From Escherichia coli (GTDB lineage Bacteria > Pseudomonadota > Gammaproteobacteria > Enterobacterales > Enterobacteriaceae), in NCBI GenBank assembly GCA_005400705.1, contig GCA_005400705.1_4079.1: a stretch of 64,000 bases of DNA; one strand, written 5' to 3'. The notes beneath the pieces are model-generated. The model searched no databases. It was not told the origin of the DNA and saw nothing but the letters and a program-made list of their open reading frames with translations. A program made the translations under genes and the position numbers. Every line of letters begins with the position of its first letter. The stretch's first letter is position 1. Shown here piece by piece: positions 18,391 to 27,393 of this stretch.

Positions 18391-19529
18391 CCCTTTTACA
18401 AATATATGAAGATTTAATGCACTTATGTAATACAAACGATGCGTTTTTTTATGTGGATCATAAAAGTCCTGCTGGTGGTACGTATCGTGTATTCAGTTAT
18501 CGTCTAGCATCATACACTGATTTCATGCAACCAAATGCGTTGGAAACCCGTGGCTCTATGTGGGAAATTGATGAAGAAGGTGACATGATACGTTGTGCAG
18601 CACGTACAATGAAAAAGTTCTTCAATGCTTACGAGAATCCTGCTACAATGTTCCCTGCTAACACCACATGCGATGACATTGCGGTAGTGATGCCTAAGTT
18701 GGATGGTTCGATTATCAGTACTTATCGTGATAATGATGGTGAGATTCGTTGTAAATCACATACTGCATTGTATTCTGACCATGCGATTAACAGTACTCGA
18801 CTTATTAACGAGAACCAGAATTTGTACCAGTACATCGACGAAGCGGAACGTTTAGGTTACACAGTTAATATGGAGTATACAAGCCCAGAGTACCGAATTG
18901 TATTACCATATCAGGTAGAACAACTGTTTGTACTGAACGTTCGACATCGTGTGAGTGGTGAGTTGCTATGTGGTAAAGCACTACGTGATAAGTTTCCATG
19001 TCTTGCACAGTACAGTACTAATATGACTGGAAAAGATATTCATCACACTTTTCCGGTACGAAATACCTTCCGTGAAAGCGTGGAGGAAGTTCATAAAATG
19101 CTTGATATTGAGGGTTTTGTGTGCATCCTAAATAATGGGACAATGTGTAAAATAAAGACTGACTGGTACAGTTCATTACATCTTACAAAAGATAGTATTA
19201 TTATTGATTCTCATTTATATGAAGCCGTATTAAATGGTTCAAGTGATGATTTAAAACAATTGTTCAGTACTGATGAATATGCTATGCAAAAGATATTAAG
19301 AATGGAACAATTGGTATTTTCGTGCTATAATGCATTACAAGATGAAGTAGAAAGCTTCGTCAAGGAACACAAGCACTTGGAGCGAAAGGAATTCGCAATG
19401 AAGGTTCAGGAGTGTTTAACTAATGAACTGAATCGTCAGGGCTTGGCCTTTGCAATGTATAACAATAAGAAAGTTGATTACAAAGAGACTCTTATAAAAT
19501 ACATGAAAATTGTACTAAAGGATTTTTAG
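18387..19529 (+). CDS. rnlA: RNA ligase 1 (T4 gp63-like, tRNA repair)
   Basis: N-terminal region collinear with T4 Rnl1 as recalled (FFY...YR[IV]FSY...Y[ST]D...ALE.RG); similar length (380 aa); GAGGT before ATG. Confidence 0.9.
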   Translation: MTLLQIYEDLMHLCNTNDAFFYVDHKSPAGGTYRVFSYRLASYTDFMQPNALETRGSMWEIDEEGDMIRCAARTMKKFFNAYENPATMFPANTTCDDIAVVMPKLDGSIISTYRDNDGEIRCKSHTALYSDHAINSTRLINENQNLYQYIDEAERLGYTVNMEYTSPEYRIVLPYQVEQLFVLNVRHRVSGELLCGKALRDKFPCLAQYSTNMTGKDIHHTFPVRNTFRESVEEVHKMLDIEGFVCILNNGTMCKIKTDWYSSLHLTKDSIIIDSHLYEAVLNGSSDDLKQLFSTDEYAMQKILRMEQLVFSCYNALQDEVESFVKEHKHLERKEFAMKVQECLTNELNRQGLAFAMYNNKKVDYKETLIKYMKIVLKDF

Positions 19530-19559
19530 TACTATCTAGCCTAAGCACAAGGAGAAGTG

Positions 19560-19814
19560 ATGGCTAAACCTAAGTATAAAAATGACGGTTCCCTTTCTCC
19601 GACTGAGTTCAGGAAAATACAAGAAGAAATCGATGAATTACAGCACAAACGCTCAATGAAAGGTGTGAAGATAAGTAAGAAACGAATCGAGAATACCTTC
19701 GGATGTAGTAGTACTGAATACAAGAAGAAAAGGAAACCAAAAGGTGTTAAGCCGAGAATACATGATGTAACTCGCTATACATCGAAACGTGAAAATAAAT
19801 TTGATCCACTATAA
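19560..19814 (+). CDS. small lysine-rich basic protein
   Basis: GGAGA before ATG 19560 (ORF-track start at 19557 is GTG); MAKPKYK N-terminus. Confidence 0.45.
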   Translation: MAKPKYKNDGSLSPTEFRKIQEEIDELQHKRSMKGVKISKKRIENTFGCSSTEYKKKRKPKGVKPRIHDVTRYTSKRENKFDPL

Positions 19815-19823
19815 GGAGTTCAT

Positions 19824-20054
19824 ATGAAAGTTGAAGTTCAGCATAGTATTGTTCAGGATATGTCAGTAGTTAAATTTCTTTCTCTGAAAGATTACTTCAG
19901 ATGTATCAAGTTCCTAGAAGAATCTCAATTACAGTGGACCCCATTAAAGTACAGTTCATCCAATGATACAGCTAGTATTCGTTGTGATGAATCTGTACTT
20001 GTGAAAATCTCCAAACGATTTGGAGTAGGAAAAGTTAATGAGCACAGTAAGTGA
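19824..20054 (+). CDS. hypothetical small protein
   Basis: AAGGAG before ATG. Confidence 0.5.
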   Translation: MKVEVQHSIVQDMSVVKFLSLKDYFRCIKFLEESQLQWTPLKYSSSNDTASIRCDESVLVKISKRFGVGKVNEHSK

Positions 20055-20292
20055 CCTAAAATACTACAACAAAACTGCGGATACGTTTATTACTCATTTA
20101 TATGAAGAATTTAGTCGTATCCGTAAGGAATATACAGGTAAATGTATTTTATATAGTTCTTATCATAGTGGTGGAATTGAAAGTGCTTACATTACTAAAG
20201 TGAAGTTTTCTGATGACTATCAATTACTCTTTGAATTAGATGATTGTTTCGTTATTGAAGCTTGTTTGATAGTGGATGTTCTAGATAATTGA
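20038..20292 (+). CDS. hypothetical small protein
   Basis: ORF track. Confidence 0.45.
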   Translation: MSTVSDLKYYNKTADTFITHLYEEFSRIRKEYTGKCILYSSYHSGGIESAYITKVKFSDDYQLLFELDDCFVIEACLIVDVLDN

Positions 20293-20298
20293 GGACAT

Positions 20299-20613
20299 AT
20301 GAATAAAGAACTTGCATTTGAGAGGATCGAAAAGTTAAAGTACATTGAAAAGGAACTAATAAAATCTGTCGAATCAATGGTCGAAGATTACGTTTTCGAT
20401 TTTAAGAAAACATTGATTGGATGTAAAGTTAAATGCTGGGATCATACAATCAGAGAATGGTTCAGTACTATAATTCTTGATGTTAAAGTATCGCGTACTG
20501 CTATTGGTAATTTAGTAAATGGTGAATGCTTTGTATACACTGAATACAATAACGGAACAAGAAACCTTTCAAGAGGATGGCACAAACTCGAAGATGTAGA
20601 ATTCATTGAGTAA
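20299..20613 (+). CDS. hypothetical small protein
   Basis: GAGGACATATG. Confidence 0.5.
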   Translation: MNKELAFERIEKLKYIEKELIKSVESMVEDYVFDFKKTLIGCKVKCWDHTIREWFSTIILDVKVSRTAIGNLVNGECFVYTEYNNGTRNLSRGWHKLEDVEFIE

Positions 20614-20625
20614 CAAGGAGTAATA

Positions 20626-21558
20626 ATGCCAACTATTACACTAACAGTTGGATTACCTGGGTGTGGTAAAACCACATGGGCAGTTCAAGAAATTAAAAAT
20701 GCCAAATCCAAGACTATCAACATCAACCGTGATGATATTCGTGAATCTATGGCTGGGTCACATGATGCTTACAAATTCAACGATGCTAATGAGCAGTACG
20801 TAACTAATTTACAGTTCAGTGCAGCAAATTCAGCAGCAGAGAATGGTTGGAACATCATCATATCCGATACAAACCTTAAACAACATTTCCGTAATCTCTG
20901 GAAAGTATGGGCTAAAGATAATGGTTATGATTACAAAGAAAAGAACTTCTATGATGATTTTGTACCTAATGAAGACCGTGGTGCAGATGTTCATGAATTC
21001 TTTAAGATTAAAGAGTTCGTAAAACTTTGTAAGAAATATAACCTTCAGCGTGAGCGTTCAGTACAAGATAATATCATTGACACAATGGCAGATACGTACT
21101 ATTATAGTAAGGCATTGCACATTGGTTACTATGGTAATTCACGAGAAGCTGCTGTTATCGTTGATATTGACGGTACTCTTGCTCATAAATGGGGTCGTAA
21201 TCCTTACGATGAAAGTACTGTTCTTCAGGATACACCTGATGAAGAAGTTATTTTGTCTATTATCGCTGAAGCAGTTTTTCATAAACGCAAGATTATCGTC
21301 ATGAGTGGGCGTACTGAAGGGTGTCGTACTGACACCGAACAGTGGCTTAAGAATTGGGGTGTTCCTTACGATGCATTGTTTATGCGAGGCATCGATGATA
21401 AACGTCCTGATGATGTTGTTAAATTCGACCTGTACATGAAAAATGTGGTTAATCAATACGATGTTAAAAAGGTATATGATGACCGCGAAGCCGTGACGTT
21501 CATGTGGCGTAAGCTACTTGGTTTGAAGGTATTTCAAGTAGATTTTGGACGTTTTTGA
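20626..21558 (+). CDS. pseT: polynucleotide 5'-kinase / 3'-phosphatase
   Basis: P-loop GLPGCGKTT near N-terminus, NINRDD, and HAD-type VIVDIDGTLA phosphatase motif; collinear with T4 Pnk as recalled; AAGGAG Shine-Dalgarno. Confidence 0.9.
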   Translation: MPTITLTVGLPGCGKTTWAVQEIKNAKSKTININRDDIRESMAGSHDAYKFNDANEQYVTNLQFSAANSAAENGWNIIISDTNLKQHFRNLWKVWAKDNGYDYKEKNFYDDFVPNEDRGADVHEFFKIKEFVKLCKKYNLQRERSVQDNIIDTMADTYYYSKALHIGYYGNSREAAVIVDIDGTLAHKWGRNPYDESTVLQDTPDEEVILSIIAEAVFHKRKIIVMSGRTEGCRTDTEQWLKNWGVPYDALFMRGIDDKRPDDVVKFDLYMKNVVNQYDVKKVYDDREAVTFMWRKLLGLKVFQVDFGRF

Positions 21559-21577
21559 TAAAATAAATAGTGCATAT

Positions 21578-22285
21578 ATGACAAAAAGGACTTTCTATAT
21601 GCACTATTATATTATATATAAAATAACCAATTTAATTAATAATAAAATTTATATTGGTGCTCATATGACTGATGACATAAATGATGAATATATGGGTTCA
21701 GGTGTTCTGATAAAGAAATCCATTAAGAAATATGGAATTGAAAAATTCAATAAAGAAATACTTTATATTTTTGATAATAAAGAAGAAATGTATAACAAAG
21801 AAAGAGAAATTGTTAATGAACAATTTATACAAAGAAGCGACACATATAACATCAAACGTGGTGGAGAAGGTGGCTACGGCGTAATTGATAAAGAAAATTG
21901 GAAAAAACAAATATCAACGGCACAAAAGAAGCGATATTCTTCAGGTGTTGTGGCTTGGAATAAAGGTAAATCTGTATCAGAAGAAACACGTATTCAAATG
22001 AGTCAGAGGATGAAAGGTCGTTTCCCTGGAGATAAAAATCCTATGCATGGTAAACCCTGTACATATAAAATGACAGATGAAGAAAAAACATCATGGTCCA
22101 ACAATATAAAGAAATCAAACACTGGTAAAAAGAGAACTGATGTTCAAAAACAAAAATATTCTTCGGTCGCGTCAAAACGAATTTGGTTAGTTCATAAAAG
22201 TGGTAAAGTTACTAATACACAAAATGAAAATGACCCACGTTTGAATGATCCAGATTGGCAACGTGGTCAAAAGTGGAGAGAATGA
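21578..22285 (+). CDS. GIY-YIG homing endonuclease (Seg-like) with NUMOD-type DNA-binding repeats
   Basis: YIIYKITNLINNKIYIGAH (GIY-YIG motif), WNKGK and KNPMHGK repeats; start at 21578 or 21599 (ORF-track start 21545 overlaps pseT). Confidence 0.75.
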   Translation: MTKRTFYMHYYIIYKITNLINNKIYIGAHMTDDINDEYMGSGVLIKKSIKKYGIEKFNKEILYIFDNKEEMYNKEREIVNEQFIQRSDTYNIKRGGEGGYGVIDKENWKKQISTAQKKRYSSGVVAWNKGKSVSEETRIQMSQRMKGRFPGDKNPMHGKPCTYKMTDEEKTSWSNNIKKSNTGKKRTDVQKQKYSSVASKRIWLVHKSGKVTNTQNENDPRLNDPDWQRGQKWRE

Positions 22286-22310
22286 ATATTTTTATGGATT
22301 ATAATTTTTG

Positions 22311-22340
22311 AGGGATCATAATTTGGTCCCTTTTTCTTTT
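22311..22340 (+). terminator. probable rho-independent terminator
   Basis: AGGGA...TCCCT stem followed by TTTTTCTTTT. Confidence 0.5.
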
Positions 22341-22529
22341 AAGGTACATTATAGTGAATGTAACAACACAGATGTTATTGCGAAAAGACTACTTAGAAAA
22401 TATAGAAAGATTCTATAGAATGTCTTTGTATGAAAATAAACATAAAAATTATAATTTTGATAAACTACTAAATTCCAGTACTGATGATTATCTATTTTCA
22501 TCAATGTTTTATGTGAGAGGTTTATTATA

Positions 22530-22790
22530 ATGGATAAATTTCACACAGATATAACACAGATAGGTAATCTTATCAATAGTCTAATTACTGATTTAGAAGA
22601 AAAGTATTTAGGTCGAAATGTATACGTAGAAATGTATGAAACATATGGTGTTATTGATATGATTTATTACAGTGCATTGAAGTGTGAAATACGTTTAACA
22701 GTATGTTTGTTTGAAAAAAATACATTCAACAGAAGTACTGCAATTCGCCAAGTTGGAGTTGATGATATAGAATTATACGAGGAACAATGA
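22530..22790 (+). CDS. small protein, resembles tandem-array family
   Basis: ORF track. Confidence 0.5.
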   Translation: MDKFHTDITQIGNLINSLITDLEEKYLGRNVYVEMYETYGVIDMIYYSALKCEIRLTVCLFEKNTFNRSTAIRQVGVDDIELYEEQ

Positions 22791-23041
22791 TGTTTGAGCA
22801 GGACTTAGAGATATTCAAAAGTCATATTGATTACTTGACTATATTAGAAAATGATTTAACTACAAAGTACAAAGGTATTCGTGTTCTGTGCTGGTATGAT
22901 GATTGGGATTATAAACGTGAACTCACTATTGATCGAATTTATTTCAGTGACGGTGTACTAAATGTACATGGTGTAAATGATTTTGGTCATTCATATACAT
23001 ATTCTAATAATGCTAAATTTAAAAGGATCTGCAATGAATGA
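22787..23041 (+). CDS. small protein, resembles tandem-array family
   Basis: ATGA overlap. Confidence 0.5.
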   Translation: MMFEQDLEIFKSHIDYLTILENDLTTKYKGIRVLCWYDDWDYKRELTIDRIYFSDGVLNVHGVNDFGHSYTYSNNAKFKRICNE

Positions 23042-23336
23042 ATATTATCATAATTTATTCGATTACATAAAACTAATAGATGATCTTTCTTTTGAATTTC
23101 TCAGTACTGAAAAAGTTCTTGAACCTCTCTATTATGATTGTATTAGTTCACTATCTTTAGATGAAAAAGAGATATTATCAAATAATTTACCGTCAACCGT
23201 CTGTGTAATCAATGGTTCCAAGGCTGTGGTGTCTGAGGTTAATTTTCATAAATCACTTAATACAATTGTTTACAAGTTCGATAACACTTGGATCAATCAT
23301 GTAACCAGTAATATTAAATCTGTGAGATTTTTATGA
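23034..23336 (+). CDS. hypothetical small protein
   Basis: AAAAGGA 6 nt upstream of ATG 23034; ORF-track start 22977 would overlap 65 nt. Confidence 0.5.
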   Translation: MNEYYHNLFDYIKLIDDLSFEFLSTEKVLEPLYYDCISSLSLDEKEILSNNLPSTVCVINGSKAVVSEVNFHKSLNTIVYKFDNTWINHVTSNIKSVRFL

Positions 23337-23629
23337 ATATAAAAAAATTATTTGAACAAGTAAATTTATTGTACTGGTGTTCAGACGGTTCAGATAAGGA
23401 ATATAGTGAAGTTTATTTAGAACTGTTTAGAACTGAAATTCATTATATTCGAAGATACTTAATTGATAACAAAACTAAAGTACAAGTAAGATACCATAAC
23501 GGTACTTTAAAGGATGGTATAATTATTGGATTGATAGTTGCACGATGGTCTAGTAATATTAAAGTTGCAGTAAGATTAATGACTGATGATGGTGTCTACA
23601 CAATAGAAGCTAGTGAGATTATATATTAA
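23333..23629 (+). CDS. hypothetical small protein
   Basis: ATGA overlap. Confidence 0.5.
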   Translation: MNIKKLFEQVNLLYWCSDGSDKEYSEVYLELFRTEIHYIRRYLIDNKTKVQVRYHNGTLKDGIIIGLIVARWSSNIKVAVRLMTDDGVYTIEASEIIY

Positions 23630-23935
23630 ATGGATATACAAACATTCAATAAGCTAAAGTACTATGATAATGGTTTTGCATTAATAATTAACGAACTTGA
23701 TGGGATACCATACGAATATCATAATCAATTAATGAAGATAGTAAAATGTATATGTGAAGAATTAAAAAGTATGTTTAAAAATGAATATGTTTATGATTTA
23801 GGTAATAGTAGCAAAAAACTATACATAAAGAAATTCTGGGGAACGCATTGTGGTTTAATGGTCGATTTAGGTTTAAGTTTAGACGATAATTCTGAATCAT
23901 GTTCATTATATATAGATGAAATGCGAATATCATGA
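23630..23935 (+). CDS. hypothetical small protein
   Basis: ORF track. Confidence 0.5.
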   Translation: MDIQTFNKLKYYDNGFALIINELDGIPYEYHNQLMKIVKCICEELKSMFKNEYVYDLGNSSKKLYIKKFWGTHCGLMVDLGLSLDDNSESCSLYIDEMRIS

Positions 23936-23951
23936 GACGTATCAGAATTCG

Positions 23952-23960
23952 GTGATATAA
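23952..23960 (+). promoter_or_regulatory. extended -10 promoter element TGATATAAT
   Basis: exact TGnTATAAT match upstream of gene at 23993. Confidence 0.4.
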
Positions 23961-23992
23961 TTTGATTACATCACCAATGTGGAGAAGTTGAA

Positions 23993-24319
23993 GTGAATGG
24001 TTCGTTTTTAACAATTTTAGAAAAGACATCCGAGATGCTTTCTAGTTCGTTAATGCACATTTTCAGTACTAATAATTTATACAATACCCAGGTGTTAGAT
24101 TCAATTAGTAATAACTATGTGGTAAGTATATCTGATGAAATATGTCCATTTAATGCGTATACGAATTATAGTGTAGAAGAGTTTCATATATCCGAAATTC
24201 GATGTGGTTTTGGTGCTTGGTTAGTTCTAAATGAACGTTCAGGGACGTCTTTATACATCGAAGAAATTGATAAATTTATATACAAAGGAGTAGAATATGT
24301 TAACCCCAATCATTCTTAG
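23993..24319 (+). CDS. hypothetical protein (GTG start)
   Basis: GGAG 8 nt upstream of GTG 23993. Confidence 0.45.
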   Translation: MNGSFLTILEKTSEMLSSSLMHIFSTNNLYNTQVLDSISNNYVVSISDEICPFNAYTNYSVEEFHISEIRCGFGAWLVLNERSGTSLYIEEIDKFIYKGVEYVNPNHS

Positions 24320-24926
24320 CAGTGCATATGTAATCGGTATTATTATTTCTGGTATGCTTGCATATAACTATAACAGAAGTGTTCTAGGTTATGTAGTACT
24401 TGGTACAGTACTAAGTCCAGTGATTGCTATTGGTCTTCTTGTTATGCTAGGTGAGAAAAATACAAACTTCTTTATTACTAAAGAACTTGATAAAATCACC
24501 CCAGCACCAGAAACAGTTATTCCAGAAGTTAAAGAAGAAGTTAAAGAAGTTGAAGTGCAAATGCAAGTTAAAGTGTATAATACACTTGAAGAAACTGACC
24601 CTAAAGTTGTAGTGAATGTAGTTCCAGTCGTTGAAGATGTGAAACCAAAAGCTCCTAAAGCACAGAAAAATACTAAAACTGCAAAGAAAGCTCGTTACAC
24701 TAAAGGTAAGAACAAAGGTAAATCTAAGGATGAACCACAACTAGGTGTTCATGACCATACTGCACAAATTGCAACGGCAGCGACCGCAGCAGCAATCGTA
24801 ACATCACCAATCTACAACAATGATGATTACAGTGATTATAGCCGTCACAGCAGTTCTTCCTCTGATTCTTGTTCCTATGATAGCTCTAGTTCTGATTCAA
24901 GTTCATCTTCTGGAAGTTGTGATTAA
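24297..24926 (+). CDS. membrane protein with two N-terminal TM helices and Ser/Asp/Cys-rich C-terminal tail
   Basis: AAAGGAG Shine-Dalgarno; hydrophobic N-terminus; C-terminal SSSSSDSCSYDSSSSDSSSSSGSCD. Confidence 0.5.
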   Translation: MLTPIILSSAYVIGIIISGMLAYNYNRSVLGYVVLGTVLSPVIAIGLLVMLGEKNTNFFITKELDKITPAPETVIPEVKEEVKEVEVQMQVKVYNTLEETDPKVVVNVVPVVEDVKPKAPKAQKNTKTAKKARYTKGKNKGKSKDEPQLGVHDHTAQIATAATAAAIVTSPIYNNDDYSDYSRHSSSSSDSCSYDSSSSDSSSSSGSCD

Positions 24927-25255
24927 TGTCAATGAAACCACTAATTCAACATAATATTTTTTATAGGTCATTATTCAAAATTCAAGATGATTTTTATCAG
25001 ACGTTGAGTAATGATCTTATAGGTAAAACTGTACGATATTCGGAACAATACATCAAACGTATGACAAGTCAGTATATTGACCCTGAATACGAATACGACA
25101 TTGAACACATTAATCCCAATACTAGAATGAAAATCATTGAGATATTTAAGAATGGGAGAACTATAGGTGCTGAAATTGAGTACTTGAATTGTGATTGTTA
25201 CATAGATACAGAGTTGAGTTTGGATTATCTTGTTTTAGTGGATGATGAGGAATAA
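24926..25255 (+). CDS. hypothetical small protein
   Basis: ORF track. Confidence 0.5.
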   Translation: MSMKPLIQHNIFYRSLFKIQDDFYQTLSNDLIGKTVRYSEQYIKRMTSQYIDPEYEYDIEHINPNTRMKIIEIFKNGRTIGAEIEYLNCDCYIDTELSLDYLVLVDDEE

Positions 25256-25257
25256 TT

Positions 25258-25473
25258 ATGATAACATTTTTCGCAATATATGGATTTGTAGCATTTGTTA
25301 CATTTATAACCAACTTTCTAGTACTTAATTGGGGTTGTTTTAAAGATGAAATCATGATTATCATGAATCTCCAAACAGCAGCACTGATGGCTATTATTTG
25401 GCCTGTAACGTTAGTATATATTTTTATTTCACTTACCCAAGATATTATTAACAAATATAAGAGAAAGAAATAA
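25258..25473 (+). CDS. small hydrophobic membrane protein (71 aa)
   Basis: two hydrophobic segments. Confidence 0.45.
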   Translation: MITFFAIYGFVAFVTFITNFLVLNWGCFKDEIMIIMNLQTAALMAIIWPVTLVYIFISLTQDIINKYKRKK

Positions 25474-25724
25474 TGTTCAACAACGACTTATCACATTTGC
25501 GATATCTTATGTCTTTGGCTGATGATTTTATAAATGATCTGAAGCCAAAATATATTGGTCAAGAAGTACGATTAATAAACTCCAGAGGGTATGGAAAATA
25601 TATTATTACTGATATGTATATTAGTGGTGGTGAATGGCGTTTTAAAATTAATACTTATCTTAAAGATGGTTCTTTTGCTGGAACACAAGTTACTAAACAC
25701 ACTAATATTATATGGTTGGAGTAA
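25473..25724 (+). CDS. hypothetical small protein
   Basis: ORF track. Confidence 0.5.
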   Translation: MFNNDLSHLRYLMSLADDFINDLKPKYIGQEVRLINSRGYGKYIITDMYISGGEWRFKINTYLKDGSFAGTQVTKHTNIIWLE

Positions 25725-25726
25725 TA

Positions 25727-26470
25727 ATGAAACATTTCTTAGAAGTAACCGTACCTGATGATAAAGATTTATACATTGTAGGTGATTTGCATGGTAATGG
25801 TAAACTATGGGATGCTACAGTGAAAGAATTTGGTATTACACACAATGATTATGTTTTCAGTGTAGGTGATATTATCGACCGTGGAGAACAAAATTCAAAG
25901 CTCCTTTTTGAATTTTTGTTCGGAGAAAATCGTTACATGATTGCAGGTAATCATGAGATGATGTGCGTTGATTCGGAAACACTTCGAGATTGGTATCATT
26001 GTTGGATAAGTAATGGTGGTGATAAATTCCTTGATGAAGTTGGAGGAACAGGCATTCAATTCTTTCGTCAGTACTTAAAAGATCTCCCTATGATTATCCA
26101 AATCAATCACCGAGGCTTGAAGATTGGGTTAGTTCATGCTGGAGTTCCGTTGGAATATACAACATGGGAACGATTTGTTAATGGGACAAAATCACTTAGT
26201 GCTGATATAATTGATAAGTGCTTGTGGGATAGGAAAACATTCGATTATTGTAGAACGAATAATACCTATTATGCACCTAAGTTAGATGGAGTGCATTGTG
26301 TCTTTAGTGGACATACAGCAGTTACTGATCCACTCATTTATGGTAATCGCATTTGGATTGATAGTCAGTTCTTGACGGGTGACTTAACTCTCGCTACTCC
26401 ACAAAGTGGTGGGATGAGATACTTACGTAAAGAAAAAGATGAATACTCATTCAATCGTTTCAAAAGGTAA
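25727..26470 (+). CDS. Ser/Thr protein phosphatase (calcineurin-like metallophosphoesterase)
   Basis: GDLHGN, GDIIDRG and GNHE motifs in canonical order; GGAG before ATG 25727. Confidence 0.75.
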   Translation: MKHFLEVTVPDDKDLYIVGDLHGNGKLWDATVKEFGITHNDYVFSVGDIIDRGEQNSKLLFEFLFGENRYMIAGNHEMMCVDSETLRDWYHCWISNGGDKFLDEVGGTGIQFFRQYLKDLPMIIQINHRGLKIGLVHAGVPLEYTTWERFVNGTKSLSADIIDKCLWDRKTFDYCRTNNTYYAPKLDGVHCVFSGHTAVTDPLIYGNRIWIDSQFLTGDLTLATPQSGGMRYLRKEKDEYSFNRFKR

Positions 26471-26475
26471 TAATT

Positions 26476-26745
26476 ATGCATGATGTAGTTAAAAAATATT
26501 TGAATGATAGATATATTATGAAAAAATCTATTAATTCTATCCTAAAAGATCATGCTAATCAAATACGTGAGATTCTATCAAATAAACTTATTGGTTGTTC
26601 AGTTGAGTTCAATTACAAAAAGAATGTAGTGAAGATTGGAGTTATTAAACGTGTAGTTGCTGTTTATGACCAAAATGTATATGTTGAAATTGAATATGAT
26701 GGTAAATTATCACAATTAAGTACTGAAGATTTAACATTTTTATAA
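26476..26745 (+). CDS. hypothetical small protein
   Basis: ORF track. Confidence 0.5.
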   Translation: MHDVVKKYLNDRYIMKKSINSILKDHANQIREILSNKLIGCSVEFNYKKNVVKIGVIKRVVAVYDQNVYVEIEYDGKLSQLSTEDLTFL

Positions 26746-26755
26746 GGAAATAGAA

Positions 26756-26983
26756 ATGAAAGTAATTCAAGTTATGGTAGAAAAATACCAAACTGAAGAT
26801 GGTCGTATTTTTGATTCAGCTAAACAAGCTGAACACCATGAACGTATTATTTCGGGTGCACGTAAAGTGTGTCCTACATGTAATGGAACACAACAAGTAC
26901 CGTCAGAAGATTACCGCAGCTTTTATGCTTGTCCACACTGTGATGGGAAAGGCTATGTAGAAAAACAAGAGGTATGGAAATGA
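26756..26983 (+). CDS. small zinc-finger protein (CPTC...CPHC)
   Basis: two CxxC pairs; GGAAATAGAAATG. Confidence 0.5.
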   Translation: MKVIQVMVEKYQTEDGRIFDSAKQAEHHERIISGARKVCPTCNGTQQVPSEDYRSFYACPHCDGKGYVEKQEVWK

Positions 26984-27393
26984 AATTGTATTGCTTAACT
27001 AATATGTACTGTCAAGGTGTCCAAGCTGGTATTCAAGCATTCCATGCTGGTGTTAAACTAATTAAAGAATATGAAGGTACTGCTTTCAGTACTATTATTG
27101 ATGAATGGTACTATGAACACGAAACTATTGTAGTACTAAATGCTGGTGGACATGATAAATTAAATTCTTATTATAACAACCTTAGCAAACAGGGGAAAGT
27201 TCCGTTTGCCAAGTTCAATGAAGCTGGATTGAATGATGCTATTACCTGTGTAGCAGTACTGTGTACGTCTGAAATGATTGAAGACATGGCTGTTATGCGT
27301 ATGAATCTTCCTGCTGGTGATCAACTAATGCAAGTAAAATATGGTGCATTGTTTGACACACTAAAAGCAATCAGTACAATGAGGACTATTTGA
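26974..27393 (+). CDS. hypothetical protein (139 aa)
   Basis: ORF track. Confidence 0.5.
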   Translation: MEMKLYCLTNMYCQGVQAGIQAFHAGVKLIKEYEGTAFSTIIDEWYYEHETIVVLNAGGHDKLNSYYNNLSKQGKVPFAKFNEAGLNDAITCVAVLCTSEMIEDMAVMRMNLPAGDQLMQVKYGALFDTLKAISTMRTI

